A DNA stretch of 63,434 nt, filler included, from Octopus bimaculoides (GCF_001194135.2; 5 parts of 4 records of this genome joined end to end with filler, not necessarily neighbours in it), one strand, 5' to 3'; counted from the whole stretch's first letter, positions 37,853-51,195 are shown. The notes: a model not told the origin generated them from the sequence alone. Numbers and translations: made by a program.

Positions 37853-38526
37853 NNNNNNNNNNNNNNNNNNNNNNNNNNNNNNNNNNNNNNNNNNNNNNNN
37901 NNNNNNNNNNNNNNNNNNNNNNNNNNNNNNNNNNNNNNNNNNNNNNNNNNNNNNNNNNNNNNNNNNNNNNNNNNNNNNNNNNNNNNNNNNNNNNNNNNNN
38001 NNNNNNNNNNNNNNNNNNNNNNNNNNNNNNNNNNNNNNNNNNNNNNNNNNNNNNNNNNNNNNNNNNNNNNNNNNNNNNNNNNNNNNNNNNNNNNNNNNNN
38101 NNNNNNNNNNNNNNNNNNNNNNNNNNNNNNNNNNNNNNNNNNNNNNNNNNNNNNNNNNNNNNNNNNNNNNNNNNNNNNNNNNNNNNNNNNNNNNNNNNNN
38201 NNNNNNNNNNNNNNNNNNNNNNNNNNNNNNNNNNNNNNNNNNNNNNNNNNNNNNNNNNNNNNNNNNNNNNNNNNNNNNNNNNNNNNNNNNNNNNNNNNNN
38301 NNNNNNNNNNNNNNNNNNNNNNNNNNNNNNNNNNNNNNNNNNNNNNNNNNNNNNNNNNNNNNNNNNNNNNNNNNNNNNNNNNNNNNNNNNNNNNNNNNNN
38401 NNNNNNNNNNNNNNNNNNNNNNNNNNNNNNNNTATATATATGTATATATGATATATATATATATATATATGATATATATGTATGTTTGATACATATATAT
38501 CATACATACACACACACATACATACA

Positions 38527-38684
38527 GGCGTGGCTGTGCGATAAGAAACATGCTTCCCAACCACATGGTTTTGGGTTCAGTCCCACTACGTGGCGCCTTG
38601 AGCAACTGTCTTCTACTATAGCCTTAGGCCGACCAAAGCCTTCTGAGTAGATTTGGTAGACTGAAACTGAAAGAAGCCCGTCGT
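38527..38684 (+). mobile_element. SINE family A
   Basis: Consensus match. Confidence 0.9.
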
Positions 38685-39498
38685 ATTTATGTATGTGTGT
38701 GTGTGTGAGACCATCACCCACCCACCACTTGCCATAACTTGACAATCAATGCTGGTGTGTTTATGACCCCGTAGCTTAACAGTTCGGCAAAAGAGACCAG
38801 ATTGAATAAGTGGAGGATTTACAAAGAATAAGTAGATTTGTTCGACTAAAGCCTTTCAAGGCACTACTCCAAAGATAAAAGAATATATGTACACTTATGG
38901 ATATATGGATATATGGTTGTGAATGTATGTATTATGTATGTATGTATGTATGGATGGATGGATGGATGGATGTATTATGTATGACTGTGTGTGTGTGTGT
39001 GTTCACTGTACGCTTTTAATCGATTTATTTAACAGAAGTCTCTTTGGAGTCCGTCTGATCGTATACACATGTGCATCAGTGTGTGTTGTTGTATATATAT
39101 ATATATATTTATTTATTTATATATGTATATATGTCTGTGTGTATATATATAAATACATTGTGTCCGTAAAGTTTTCTTCACTCATCCGGCTGGAGTATTG
39201 ATTAGATCTAAGTAGGACAACAAATTGAAGCCATATCGAACTTCACTATACTGTAAATAAACTTTATTAGTTGCTCTCTTATTTAACATGAATATGAAAT
39301 GTGTACATCATATATATAGTTTTGACAAGGTACATCAATATATAGTTTGGAAATATCTCACTATGACTTTACGAACACACACACATTCGCATATCTATAT
39401 ACATATATAGCGGTTGATTTTGTCCATCAGTACTCGGAGTTAGTCCGTTGCCACAATCTATCATCAATCGATAAAAGAAACAAATGGTGAATCACCAA

Positions 39499-39558
39499 CC
39501 GGAAGTCATTACACGACAGTTAATGCTCTGTCTTTATTGGGCTCATCACATCACGTGA
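39499..39558. promoter_or_regulatory. Promoter-like motif cluster: ETS CCGGAAGT (39499), reverse CCAAT (39536), E-box TCACGTGA (39551)
   Basis: Three consensus motifs within 60 bp of non-repetitive sequence. Confidence 0.35.
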
Positions 39559-39569
39559 CCCGATGGCGA

Positions 39570-40090
39570 AATCGTTAAGAGCTTAATAGAATCTTTGGTG
39601 AAAGCGACCCGTGGTATTTGCTGAAGGTCTTTACGATTTGAGTTCAAATCCCACCGACGTAAGTTTTGCCTTCATTTTTGCAGGACTGATAAAATAAAGT
39701 ACCAGCCTAGAACAGTGGAATGGCGGAATTATCAGAGCTTTGGAAAATATGGTTTGCGATATCAATTCAGATTCGTTACATCTCCATTTCAAATTCTTCT
39801 GTGGTCGATTTTGCCTTTCATCCTCGAAGGTCTAAAAATAAAGTACTCGTGAAGTACTGGCGAAAATTATATCGACTAAGCCGCTATTTCAAATTTAAGG
39901 TCTTTGATGGAGACAATTATGAGGGTGGTGGATTGGTAGGGCTGTTAGAGCATCGGAGAGAATGCCTTACAGTATTTTTTCTAACTCTTTACTTTCTGGG
40001 TTCAAATCCCGCGAAGGTCAAATTTGCCTTCCATTCTTTCGGGGGGTGGGGGTAAATAAAGTACCAGTTATATATTGAGGACGATGGTAT
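39570..40090 (+). mobile_element. Three degenerate tandem SINE family B copies
   Basis: Repeated gagttcaaatccc..ttttgccttc..taaaataaagtacc motifs. Confidence 0.75.
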
Positions 40091-41169
40091 GGACGAAGCC
40101 ATTACCTCAAATATTTCAGGTCATGTATCTAAGCTAGAAAAAATTACTTTAAGGCGATATTTGACTCGTCTACGACAACGAGCCCAGGCTGTTTCATTGC
40201 TTCATCTCGAACCCTTCTCGTAGGTAACCTCGGCGGTGGGGAGAAAAAACACTTTCTGTATATGGGCTTATGCTGGTTGTCCATAAACAGTAAATCTTAA
40301 CCAGCCATGTGTTCAGCTGAGAAATATTCCGGGGGTAGATTTCGGGGTCAATCCTNNNNNNNNNNNNNNNNNNNNNNNNNNNNNNNNNNNNNNNNNNNNN
40401 NNNNNNNNNNNNNNNNNNNNNNNNNNNNNNNNNNNNNNNNNNNNNNNNNNNNNNNNNNNNNNNNNNNNNNNNNNNNNNNNNNNNNNNNNNNNNNNNNNNN
40501 NNNNNNNNNNNNNNNNNNNNNNNNNNNNNNNNNNNNNNNNNNNNNNNNNNNNNNNNNNNNNNNNNNNNNNNNNNNNNNNNNNNNNNNNNNNNNNNNNNNN
40601 NNNNNNNNNNNNNNNNNNNNNNNNNNNNNNNNNNNNNNNNNNNNNNNNNNNNNNNNNNNNNNNNNNNNNNNNNNNNNNNNNNNNNNNNNNNNNNNNNNNN
40701 NNNNNNNNNNNNNNNNNNNNNNNNNNNNNNNNNNNNNNNNNNNNNNNNNNNNNNNNNNNNNNNNNNNNNNNNNNNNNNNNNNNNNNNNNNNNNNNNNNNN
40801 NNNNNNNNNNNNNNNNNNNNNNNNNNNNNNNNNNNNNNNNNNNNNNNNNNNNNNNNNNNNNNNNNNNNNNNNNNNNNNNNNNNNNNNNNNNNNNNNNNNN
40901 NNNNNNNNNNNNNNNNNNNNNNNNNNNNNNNNNNNNNNNNNNNNNNNNNNNNNNNNNNNNNNNNNNNNNNNNNNNNNNNNNNNNNNNNNNNNNNNNNNNN
41001 NNNNNNNNNNNNNNNNNNNNNNNNNNNNNNNNNNNNNNNNNNNNNNNNNNNNNNNNNNNNNNNNNNNNNNNNNNNNNNNNNNNNNNNNNNNNNNNNNNNN
41101 NNNNNNNNNNNNNNNNNNNNNNNNNNNNNNNNNNNNNNNNNNNNNNNNNNNNNNNNNNNNNNNNNNNNN

Positions 41170-41202
<33 letters not shown>

Positions 41203-41338
41203 TTACGCACACATACACACACATACAATATGACATGTACAGCCATCCAGACGTCTGGAGATCTGGAATACCAGACATCTGACGTCACAGTCACATATCG
41301 GACAGATGACTCATTGTTTGGAGTTGAAGTCTGGGTTA

Positions 41339-41384
<46 letters not shown>

Positions 41385-41661
41385 GCTGTTGATGATGATG
41401 AGGAGGAGGAGGAGGAGGGTGGTATTTGCGATGATGATGATGATGATGATAATGATATTGGTGATGACTGTTGTGGTGACGGTGATAGTTGTTTACATCC
41501 AATAGTTATGTCGGCAGTCGTGTAATTNNNNNNNNNNNNNNNNNNNNNNNNNNNNNNNNNNNNNNNNNNNNNNNTGGTGGTCGATGCTATTCTCAGTTGT
41601 TAGTGTTTTTAACATTGGAGGCTGTCGTGGTGCTTCTGGGAGCGGTATTGGCAACAGCAGC

Positions 41662-41727
<66 letters not shown>

Positions 41728-41990
41728 CGTCGTCGTCGTCGTCATCATTTTCGTTGTACTATTTGGTGTTGTTGTTGTGTTACTGTTGTTGCTGCTATTG
41801 CCACACATAAATACACACGAATACACAAACACATACATACAGACAGACAGACATACCCATGCACATGATCACATTGATGCTTGTTTCACATTTATACTTC
41901 ACCATCACGTCATACAAACGTTTATACACAGGCAGCACACAACACACACATACACATATACACCAAATACCATCACGTCATACAAGCATT

Positions 41991-42028
<38 letters not shown>

Positions 42029-42559
42029 ACACCACAGCACATCCATAATCTACAATCAACCAACTAATTAACATATACACTAATTAAAAACAACATTAAT
42101 TAAGAAATATTTCAATTATAATTATTTATCCAAATGGTTTGAAAACTTTTCATCAAAAACATATATATGTGTGTGTGTTTATTTTCTTAATCAATTTCTC
42201 ATTTATATTTTGCTCGATTCAACAGTGGTGGATTAGCAGAATTAATGGAATATCAGATGAAGATGGATTAACAAAATTGTTGAAATATCGTATAAAGTAC
42301 CTTGTGGTAGTTACATACTGCTTTTACGTTCTGTGCATAACTCATGCCGAGGTTAAGTTCTGAGCATAGGTCCATTGTTGCACGGTGGATAACATAAAGC
42401 AGTTATGTACTGAGCTACACACCTAAAACTCCCATCCTTGTATCGCTGTAAGAAATTAGTATTTTGTTAGGGTCATGGTAGTCACTAAAAAGACACACGC
42501 ACGTTTCTCGTTGTTTTGTTTTTTTTTATCTATTTTTATCATCGTGTTGAATCGTTACC

Positions 42560-42880
42560 ACGCTGAACAAAATGCTTGGCGGCATTTCCTCCGGCTTTAC
42601 GTCCTGAGTTTAAATTCTGCCGAGATCGACTTCGCTTTTCATCATATAGGGATCGATGAAATAACTCTCAGTCCAGCACTAGAGTCGTTGTAATCGGCTT
42701 ATCTTGAGCTAAAATTTGAGATCATTATCAAAATTGTCATTATACGAAAGGCGGTTTTCAAATTCCGCCGAGCTCGACTCTGCTTTTCATCCTTTCGAGG
42801 TCGATTAAATTCGTACCAGTTACGCACTGGGGTCGACTTAATCTCTTCCCAAAAATTTCCGGTTTTGTGCCTACAGTAAA
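42560..42880. mobile_element. Two SINE family B copies in opposite orientation (42560-42690 plus, 42735-42880 minus)
   Basis: Consensus matches. Confidence 0.65.
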
Positions 42881-42915
42881 AACATACACACACACCACAC
42901 ACACACACACACAAA

Positions 42916-42958
<43 letters not shown>

Positions 42959-43737
42959 GTGTACATACACACACATATATAAATGATAATCAGGTTGAGA
43001 AGTAAATGGCAAAAGAAGACAATGGAATGGGAATCTGTGGCGTTCTTACATTTCCCACCAAAAACACAAACAACAACAACAATGTGAAATACTGCGACCC
43101 TAGACCTGGATGGAAACCGGACCGGTTCGGTTCCCATCCGCTTCACAACCTCGCAGCTCCTTAACAGACTTCAATAATTAAGCCCTCATCTCTGACACTA
43201 CCTGTCTATCTGGTTATTTACCATTCCAAGCCAACTATAAATTAATAAGGAAGTTGTTTTCCTCACAGATTCTGTTTATGTGTCACGCTCTTCTCTGTCT
43301 CTCTCTCTCTTTCACTATATATANNNNNNNNNNNNNNNNNNNNNNNNNNNNNNNNNNNNNNNNNNNNNNNNNNNNNNNNNNNNNNNNNNNNNNNNNNNNN
43401 NNNNNNNNNNNNNNNNNNNNNNNNNNNNNNNNNNNNNNNNNNNNNNNNNNNNNNNNNNNNNNNNNNNNNNNNNNNNNNNNNNNNNNNNNNNNNNNNNNNN
43501 NNNNNNNNNNNNNNNNNNNNNNNNNNNNNNNNNNNNNNNNNNNNNNNNNNNNNNNNNNNNNNNNNNNNNNNNNNNNNNNNNNNNNNNNNNNNNNNNNNNN
43601 NNNNNNNNNNNNNNNNNNNNNNNNNNNNNNNNNNNNNNNNNNNNNNNNNNNNNNNNNNNNNNNNNNNNNNNNNNNNNNNNNNNNNNNNNNNNNNNNNNNN
43701 NNTATATATATATATATATTTGTGTGTAGGTGCAGGT

Positions 43738-43888
43738 GTGGCTGTGTGGTAAGTAGCTTACTTAACAACATGGTTCCGGGTTCACTTCCATTACGTGGCA
43801 CCTCGGGTGAGTTTCTCTTCCTGTAGCCCCAGCCGACCAAAGACGTGGGAGTGGATTTGGTAGACTCAAACCGAAAGAAGCCCGTCAT
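43738..43888 (+). mobile_element. SINE family A
   Basis: Consensus match. Confidence 0.85.
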
Positions 43889-44079
43889 ATGTAAATATAT
43901 GTGTATTTGTGTGCGCGCACACATGTGTATGCCTTTGTGGTTCCGTTTTAGCACGACTACCGCTTAACAACCGGTGTTGGTTTGTAACTTAACAATTCAG
44001 CAACGGAGAGCAATAGAATACGTACCAGACATTAACAAATAAGCACTGGGGACAATCTGGTCAATTTTCAGACTAATGA

Positions 44080-44145
<66 letters not shown>

Positions 44146-44444
44146 TAATTCCTTTTATTGGCCACAAGGGCTAATATATTTTTTAATATTTTTGTATAAA
44201 CGCGAAAAAAAAAAAACAACTAAAGACTCTCACCTTCCCTCATCCTGACCAGGCTTGAACACTGGACAGAACAGTTCAGAATGTTCCCCTCAACCAGTTC
44301 ATCTACACTTACCTTTACCTACTAGTCTACCGAGTCCCCGTACAAATTGCTGTCACATATGAGATACTTAAATCTATAATAGTGTCAAATCAATAATGAA
44401 AATAGATTTAAATATCTTATCTTTTCTATTATAAGCAAAAGGTC

Positions 44445-44730
44445 TCAAATTTTAGGGGAAGGGGTAAGTCGATTACATCAACCCCAGTGTTTCACTGGTA
44501 TTCAATCTATCGACCCCGAAAGAATGAAAGGCTAAGTCAACCTCGGCGGAATTTGAACTCAGAACGCAGCGACGGGCGAAATACCGCCTTGACTGGTATT
44601 ATTATTTTATCGACCCACGAGGGACGAAGGGAAAGGTTGGCCTGAGCAGGAATGGAACTCGGAACGTTGAGAACCAGAACAAAATACTGCAGGTCATATT
44701 CACCGAAAGCTTAATGATTCTGCCAGCCCT
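44445..44730 (-). mobile_element. Two tandem SINE family B copies
   Basis: Reverse-complement matches (gtcaacctcggcggaatttgaactcagaacg). Confidence 0.8.
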
Positions 44731-45324
44731 TAATGATATATATATAATGACATTTTTGCATAAAGAGGGGAATTGAAGCAATTACAATGGAAATAAGGAG
44801 GGAGTGTTCCTGTGGAATGGGTGGGGGCGATTATTAAAGAGTCCGGATAGAAANNNNNNNNNNNNNNNNNNNNNNNNNNNNNNNNNNNNNNNNNNNNNNN
44901 NNNNNNNNNNNNNNNNNNNNNNNNNNNNNNNNNNNNNNNNNNNNNNNNNNNNNNNNNNNNNNNNNNNNNNNNNNNNNNNNNNNNNNNNNNNNNNNNNNNN
45001 NNNNNNNNNNNNNNNNNNNNNNNNNNNNNNNNNNNNNNNNNNNNNNNNNNNNNNNNNNNNNNNNNNNNNNNNNNNNNNNNNNNNNNNNNNNNNNNNNNNN
45101 NNNNNNNNNNNNNNNNNNNNNNNNNNNNNNNNNNNNNNNNNNNNNNNNNNNNNNNNNNNNNNNNNNNNNNNNNNNNNNNNNNNNNNNNNNNNNNNNNNNN
45201 NNNNNNNNNNNNNNNNNNNNNNNNNNNNNNNNNNNNNNNNNNNNNNNNNNNNNNNNNNNNNNNNNNNNNNNNNNNNNNNNNNNNNNNNNNNNNNNNNNNN
45301 NNNNNNNNNNNNNNNNNNNNNNNN

Positions 45325-45355
<31 letters not shown>

Positions 45356-45668
45356 AACATATGTATATAATATATATATCATATATGTATTATATATATG
45401 TATGTGTATATATACATATGTGGGTGAAGGTGAGTGTATGGATTTATATGTGTATATTAACAGCTGTGTGTATGTGGTGTATTTACGTAATATAAATCAG
45501 CAAGTAACGGTGTATATAATGCCTGTTATATGTAGCACCATCTCTTCCTAGTGAATCTCGTGAGAATATATAAACACACATGCACACTTGCTTATCTACA
45601 CCTACGTACGTAATACAGACGCGTGCATATGTGTGTCTGAGTGTTACATACACAAACACATAGACACC

Positions 45669-45711
<43 letters not shown>

Positions 45712-46021
45712 GTGTATATGTATATATATATATATATATATATACATGAAACGTGTAATAGTGGATAAATAATATCAATAAATTTTACAACTTCCTGTTT
45801 TCTTATATATACATATGTGTGTGTGTGAGAGAGACAGAGAGAGTGTGTGTGTGTGTGTGTGTGTCTGTCTGTCTGTCTATGTGTGTATGTATGTAGGTAA
45901 TTATGTAGGTATGTAGGTAGGTGGGGAGGGAGGCAGGTAGGTAGGTAAATAGGTAGCGAGTCGAATGATTGAAGAATAGATTAGTTGTGAATACATATAT
46001 ACACTTATATAGATACACACG

Positions 46022-46079
<58 letters not shown>

Positions 46080-46189
46080 AACACACACACACATTATATA
46101 TTCATACGCAGTGTGCCGACTTCTTACTTTCTGGGTTCCAATCCTGCCGAAGTCAGATGTGACTTAACGTTTCTTATGTCTTTATTGCC

Positions 46190-46408
46190 CACAAGGGGCT
46201 AAACATAGAGGGGACAAACAAAGACAGACAAGCGCATTAAGTCGATTACATCGACCCCAGTGCGTAACTGGTACTTAATTTATCGACCCCTAAAGGATGA
46301 AAGGCAAAGTCGACCTCGGCGGAATTTGAACTCAGAACGTAGCGGCAGACGAAATACCACTATGCATTTCGCCCGGCGTGCTAACGTTTCTGCCAGCTCT
46401 CCGCCTTT
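46190..46408 (-). mobile_element. SINE family B, full length
   Basis: Near-consensus reverse complement including tail. Confidence 0.92.
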
Positions 46409-46649
46409 AGTTTGACTTACATTTCTGCGGTCGATACAACAATGTACCAGTGAAATACTGCAGTCGATACATTCGACAAATTCAAGCCGTTGTGCTTATG
46501 TTCGAAGCAATTACATATGTATATATATATATATAAGTGTATGCTTTGCACATACGCACACACATTCAAGTACAGACACGTACAGTTCGATGAGTGCTAA
46601 CGAATAAAACTCTCGACCCTTGAGTCACTCTGTAACTTCTGCTTAGCGC

Positions 46650-46805
46650 AGGCGTGGCTGTGTGGTAAGAAGCTTACTTCCCAACCACATGATTCTGGGT
46701 TCAGTCCCACTGCATAGCACCTTGGGCAAGTGTCTTCTACTATAGCCTCTAGTCGACCAAAGCCTCGTGAGTGAATTTGGTAGACTGAAACTGAAAGAAG
46801 CCTGT
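46650..46805 (+). mobile_element. SINE family A
   Basis: Consensus match. Confidence 0.9.
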
Positions 46806-46855
<50 letters not shown>

Positions 46856-47901
46856 CACATACATGCATACATACATCATCTTTCTTTTCTTTCAGGATTG
46901 TCCTAAGGACAGCACGTATCCCTATGTCTCTCTTCTCTCTTTTCTCTTGTCGAAGAAAATATTTCTCCAGCGTTCGCTATTTTACTCTCGTTCTGGTCTA
47001 ACGGACCCTCCATGTTTGTTTTCGTTCGGTTTCCTTGTATGTCACCACTGTCCTGCTTTTATTCCCAACTTTGTCTCTCCATAAATCCCAAATTTTTTTG
47101 ATGGTACTTATGGGAGCAACTGTCTTCAAAGACTCATATTGTCGTTCAATGTTCGAAATGATGAGTAGATAGACAGCCGACAATTGAGGAAGGGTCGTTC
47201 TTTATGTTACTTGTCCTGCTTTCCATTTGTTTCATTCGTTGTTTGTGTAAAAGAGTCCGATAGGATAAGTCGTAGGGTTGATCTTTTGACTAAAACCTTT
47301 TAAGGTGGTACTCCAGCATGGCCGCACGCCAAATGACTGAAGCGTGTAAAAGAGTATATGTGTATGTGTGTGTGTTTGTGTGTGTGTGTGTCTGCGTGTG
47401 TGTAAGTATTTGTGCTTGTTTTATTTCGCCCATCACCTCTTAACAACCGGTGTTGGTGTGTTTACATCCTTGTGATATAGCGGTTCCTTAAAAGTGACCG
47501 ACTGAATAAGTACCAGGTTTTTAAAAAACTGAATACTGGGGTTTTACTCACTCGATTGAAATTCTTTCATGTGGTGCCCCAGCGCGGTCGCATTCTATTG
47601 ACTGAAACAAGTCAAAAATAATAGCTAAAAGATTTATTTATGTATGTATGCATGTGTGTATGTATGTATGTATGTATGTATGTATGCATGTGTGTATGAA
47701 CGTATGTAAGCATACATACATAACGTGCGTTGACATGCGGAATAGTGTTTTTTTCTTTAAGACACGTTTCATTCTAAACACAAACACTGTCTCCAATTTT
47801 AACTTTGGTCTGTTTATTAATTATTTTCGTATTTCCGGCTTCTTGCGTCAATCCGGAAATAGTATGACCATGATGTGCGTTGTTTACAACTCGGCGAGAT
47901 A

Positions 47902-47955
<54 letters not shown>

Positions 47956-48812
47956 NNNNNNNNNNNNNNNNNNNNNNNNNNNNNNNNNNNNNNNNNNNNN
48001 NNNNNNNNNNNNNNNNNNNNNNNNNNNNNNNNNNNNNNNNNNNNNNNNNNNNNNNNNNNNNNNNNNNNNNNNNNNNNNNNNNNNNNNNNNNNNNNNNNNN
48101 NNNNNNNNNNNNNNNNNNNNNNNNNNNNNNNNNNNNNNNNNNNNNNNNNNNNNNNNNNNNNNNNNNNNNNNNNNNNNNNNNNNNNNNNNNNNNNNNNNNN
48201 NNNNNNNNNNNNNNNNNNNNNNNNNNNNNNNNNNNNNNNNNNNNNNNNNNNNNNNNNNNNNNNNNNNNNNNNNNNNNNNNNNNNNNNNNNNNNNNNNNNN
48301 NNNNNNNNNNNNNNNNNNNNNNNNNNNNNNNNNNNNNNNNNNNNNNNNNNNNNNNNNNNNNNNNNNNNNNNNNNNNNNNNNNNNNNNNNNNNNNNNNNNN
48401 NNNNNNNNNNNNNNNNNNNNNNNNNNNNNNNNNNNNNNNNNNNNNNNNNNNNNNNNNNNNNNNNNNNNNNNNNNNNNNNNNNNNNNNNNNNNNNNNNNNN
48501 NNNNNNNNNNNNNNNNNNNNNNNNNNNNNNNNNNNNNNNNNNNNNNNNNNNNNNNNNNNNNNNNNNNNNNNNNNNNNNNNNNNNNNNNNNNNNNNNNNNN
48601 NNNNNNNNNNNNNNNNNNNNNNNNNNNNNNNNNNNNNNNNNNNNNNNNNNNNNNNNNNNNNNNNNNNNNNNNNNNNNNNNNNNNNNNNNNNNNNNNNNNN
48701 NNNNNNNNNNNNNNNNNNNNNNNNNNNNNNNNNGTCTCACCTTGCTAAATATCAGCCATTTTGTATTTTGTATTTTGCAAGGTGAGACACACATAAGAAG
48801 GAAGGAAACAAA

Positions 48813-48857
48813 GGACCACTGATGAGGTCACAGAAGTGTGACGAAAGAACTCTGGCC
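48813..48857 (+). ncRNA. Minimal type I hammerhead ribozyme
   Basis: GGACCA CTGATGA G GTCAC agaagt GTGAC GAAA G AA C T C TGGCC: intact core, 5-bp stem II, 2-bp stem III, CUC triplet, stem I with one mismatch. Confidence 0.6.
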
Positions 48858-49011
48858 GAAATAAGATTAAGATTAATGTAATATAAAGCTGAAGCAAATT
48901 AACACCAAATATACAGTGCGTGTGTTTTTATTGGCTACAGTGGCAATATGACCATCCCCAAGTACAACAACATCTGTTTCAACACACGATTTCACATCAA
49001 AAATCTTGCAA

Positions 49012-49047
<36 letters not shown>

Positions 49048-49716
49048 AAGTAGAGGATATATTAGCCTCTTAAAAGGATGATTACATCCAAGAAAGCACT
49101 GGTTCTAAACCTTATACCTGTGAGAATCAATAAGTATATATCTATATATATAAAGATGAGAATGTGTGTCTCTCTCTGTCTGTCTGTGTATCTCTTTGTG
49201 TGTCTGTGTGAATCCCTAAAACTTGAGAACTACACAACCAATTTCATTCAAATGTTACACATGCCTTACTTAAGGTCCATGTAGTGTCATAGGCCCCAAA
49301 ATTTTTTTAGCTTCTTGCCTAGTGCGAGCCCAGTGCAATATCACACCTCCTCCACTGTTTCACTATTACGTGTCAAAAGTGAAACAATAACATCTCTCTA
49401 TTGTAATGTCAGATATTTTCACTTTAATAGTTTCACTTTAATACTGAAACTATTAAAGTGAAACTATTATCTCATATATACAGGCATACATACATATATT
49501 ATGAACATACATACATATATTATGTATATATGTATATATATATATACATCTTCACAAATGTATATGTATAGATGTATATATATACATGTATATATATATA
49601 GGTGAATATATATATATTATTTCTTTACTACCCACAAGGGGCTACACTCAGAGGGGACAAACAAGGACAGACAAACGCATTAAGTCGATTACATCGACCC
49701 CAGTGCGTAACTGGTA

Positions 49717-49769
<53 letters not shown>

Positions 49770-49914
49770 GTATATATATGTATAGATGTATATGTATATG
49801 TATACATGTATATGTGTAGATGTATATATATAGATGTACACGTAATATGTACACATATATATACATATATACATGCATGCATATATACACCCATACACGC
49901 ACACATACATACAT

Positions 49915-50078
49915 AGGTGCAGGTATGGCAGTGCAGTAAGAAACTTGGTTCCAAAACACATGGTCCTAGGTTCAGTCCCACTGTGTGGTTACTTGGCATG
50001 TGTCTTCTGCTATAGCCTCAGTCCAACCAAAGCCTTGTGAGTGGATTTCGTAGACAAAAATTGAAAGAAATCAATCGT
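49915..50078 (+). mobile_element. SINE family A
   Basis: Consensus match. Confidence 0.85.
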
Positions 50079-50369
50079 ATATATATGTATGTATATATGT
50101 AAATGTATGTGTGTGTCATTGTCTCTATGTTTCTCCCTCATTACTGCTTCACGACTGCTGTTCGTTTATTTACATCCCCATAACTTACTGGTTTGACAAG
50201 ACGAAACTGATAGAATAAGTACCAGGCTTATCAAAATTTTTTAAAAAGCACTAAGGCAGTGTGTCATATTTTTGTTTGCCCATTCAGTTGTATCTATCAA
50301 TCTATCTTTTTTTTTGTGTGTGTGTGTGTATATATCTGTAAAAATATGTGACACTTATTCAGTAGCCAT

Positions 50370-50430
50370 GATAAAACTCCGAGTTTCGGATGCCAGGGTG
50401 GGAGCCCACGCCAACATCTCTTCAATTATC
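50370..50430 (-). ncRNA. Hammerhead of the 37.2 kb family with C3 mutated (TTGAAGA)
   Basis: GATAA TTGAAGA GATGTTGG cgtgggctcccacc CTGGCATC C GAAA CTC G GAG T T TTATC; the flank tatgtgac is shared with 37146. Confidence 0.65.
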
Positions 50431-50964
50431 CGGCCAATTCCGTATATATATAATACATGCATACACGTATGAAAAGATTTGAAAAGATACATAGAGCATA
50501 TGAAAGGATACTCAGGACATTCTAGTCCTAGATAGTATATGCCCACTGTATTAACTTTGGTCATCGATACATGCTCGATCCGGATCGACTTAGACCTAAA
50601 CTCAACAACAAAAACAATATCAAGATGAACGTTCGCAAAATATAAAACTCATCATAAAGTACATCACAAGATGTATTGCAGCCTATCATAAATTATGGTA
50701 TATAATATAGTCTATAAACGTCAAGATGAATCAAGTCTTCTCAACAACTTGCCACCACCACCACTACCAACAACAACAACAACACTTCTACCACCATTGC
50801 TATCACCGCCACCGCAACCACGACCACTACGGCCAACGCTGTAAACACCACCACTGTCAACAACATACTACCATTACCTCCCCATCACTACCACATCATT
50901 GATGGTTGTCTCTCGCAATCCGAAAAGACGGTTGCGCAATTTCTTGCTGAGCGACCGGCATAAA

Positions 50965-51195
50965 TGGTTTATTTATAGTGAGCAAACGTATGTGTCGTAC
51001 GTTAATTCCTTTCATTCCTTCCATTAAATCGACGTTTCCTCGAACAGGTGCACGGTGTACCACATGTCAGGTGTCGCAGTTAACGCAGAGCTGCTACGTG
51101 AGATGAAGTGCTTTGCTCAAGGAGACAACTCACCATCCGGTTCAGAATCGTAAACAACCATGTCGCTGGCGACCGCGCGTAGTACAACACTCCAA
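50965..51195 (-). mobile_element. Degenerate tRNA-derived SINE
   Basis: gaagtgctttgctcaaggagacaac..ccggttcagaatcg similar to the reverse strand of the C-type SINEs. Confidence 0.55.
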
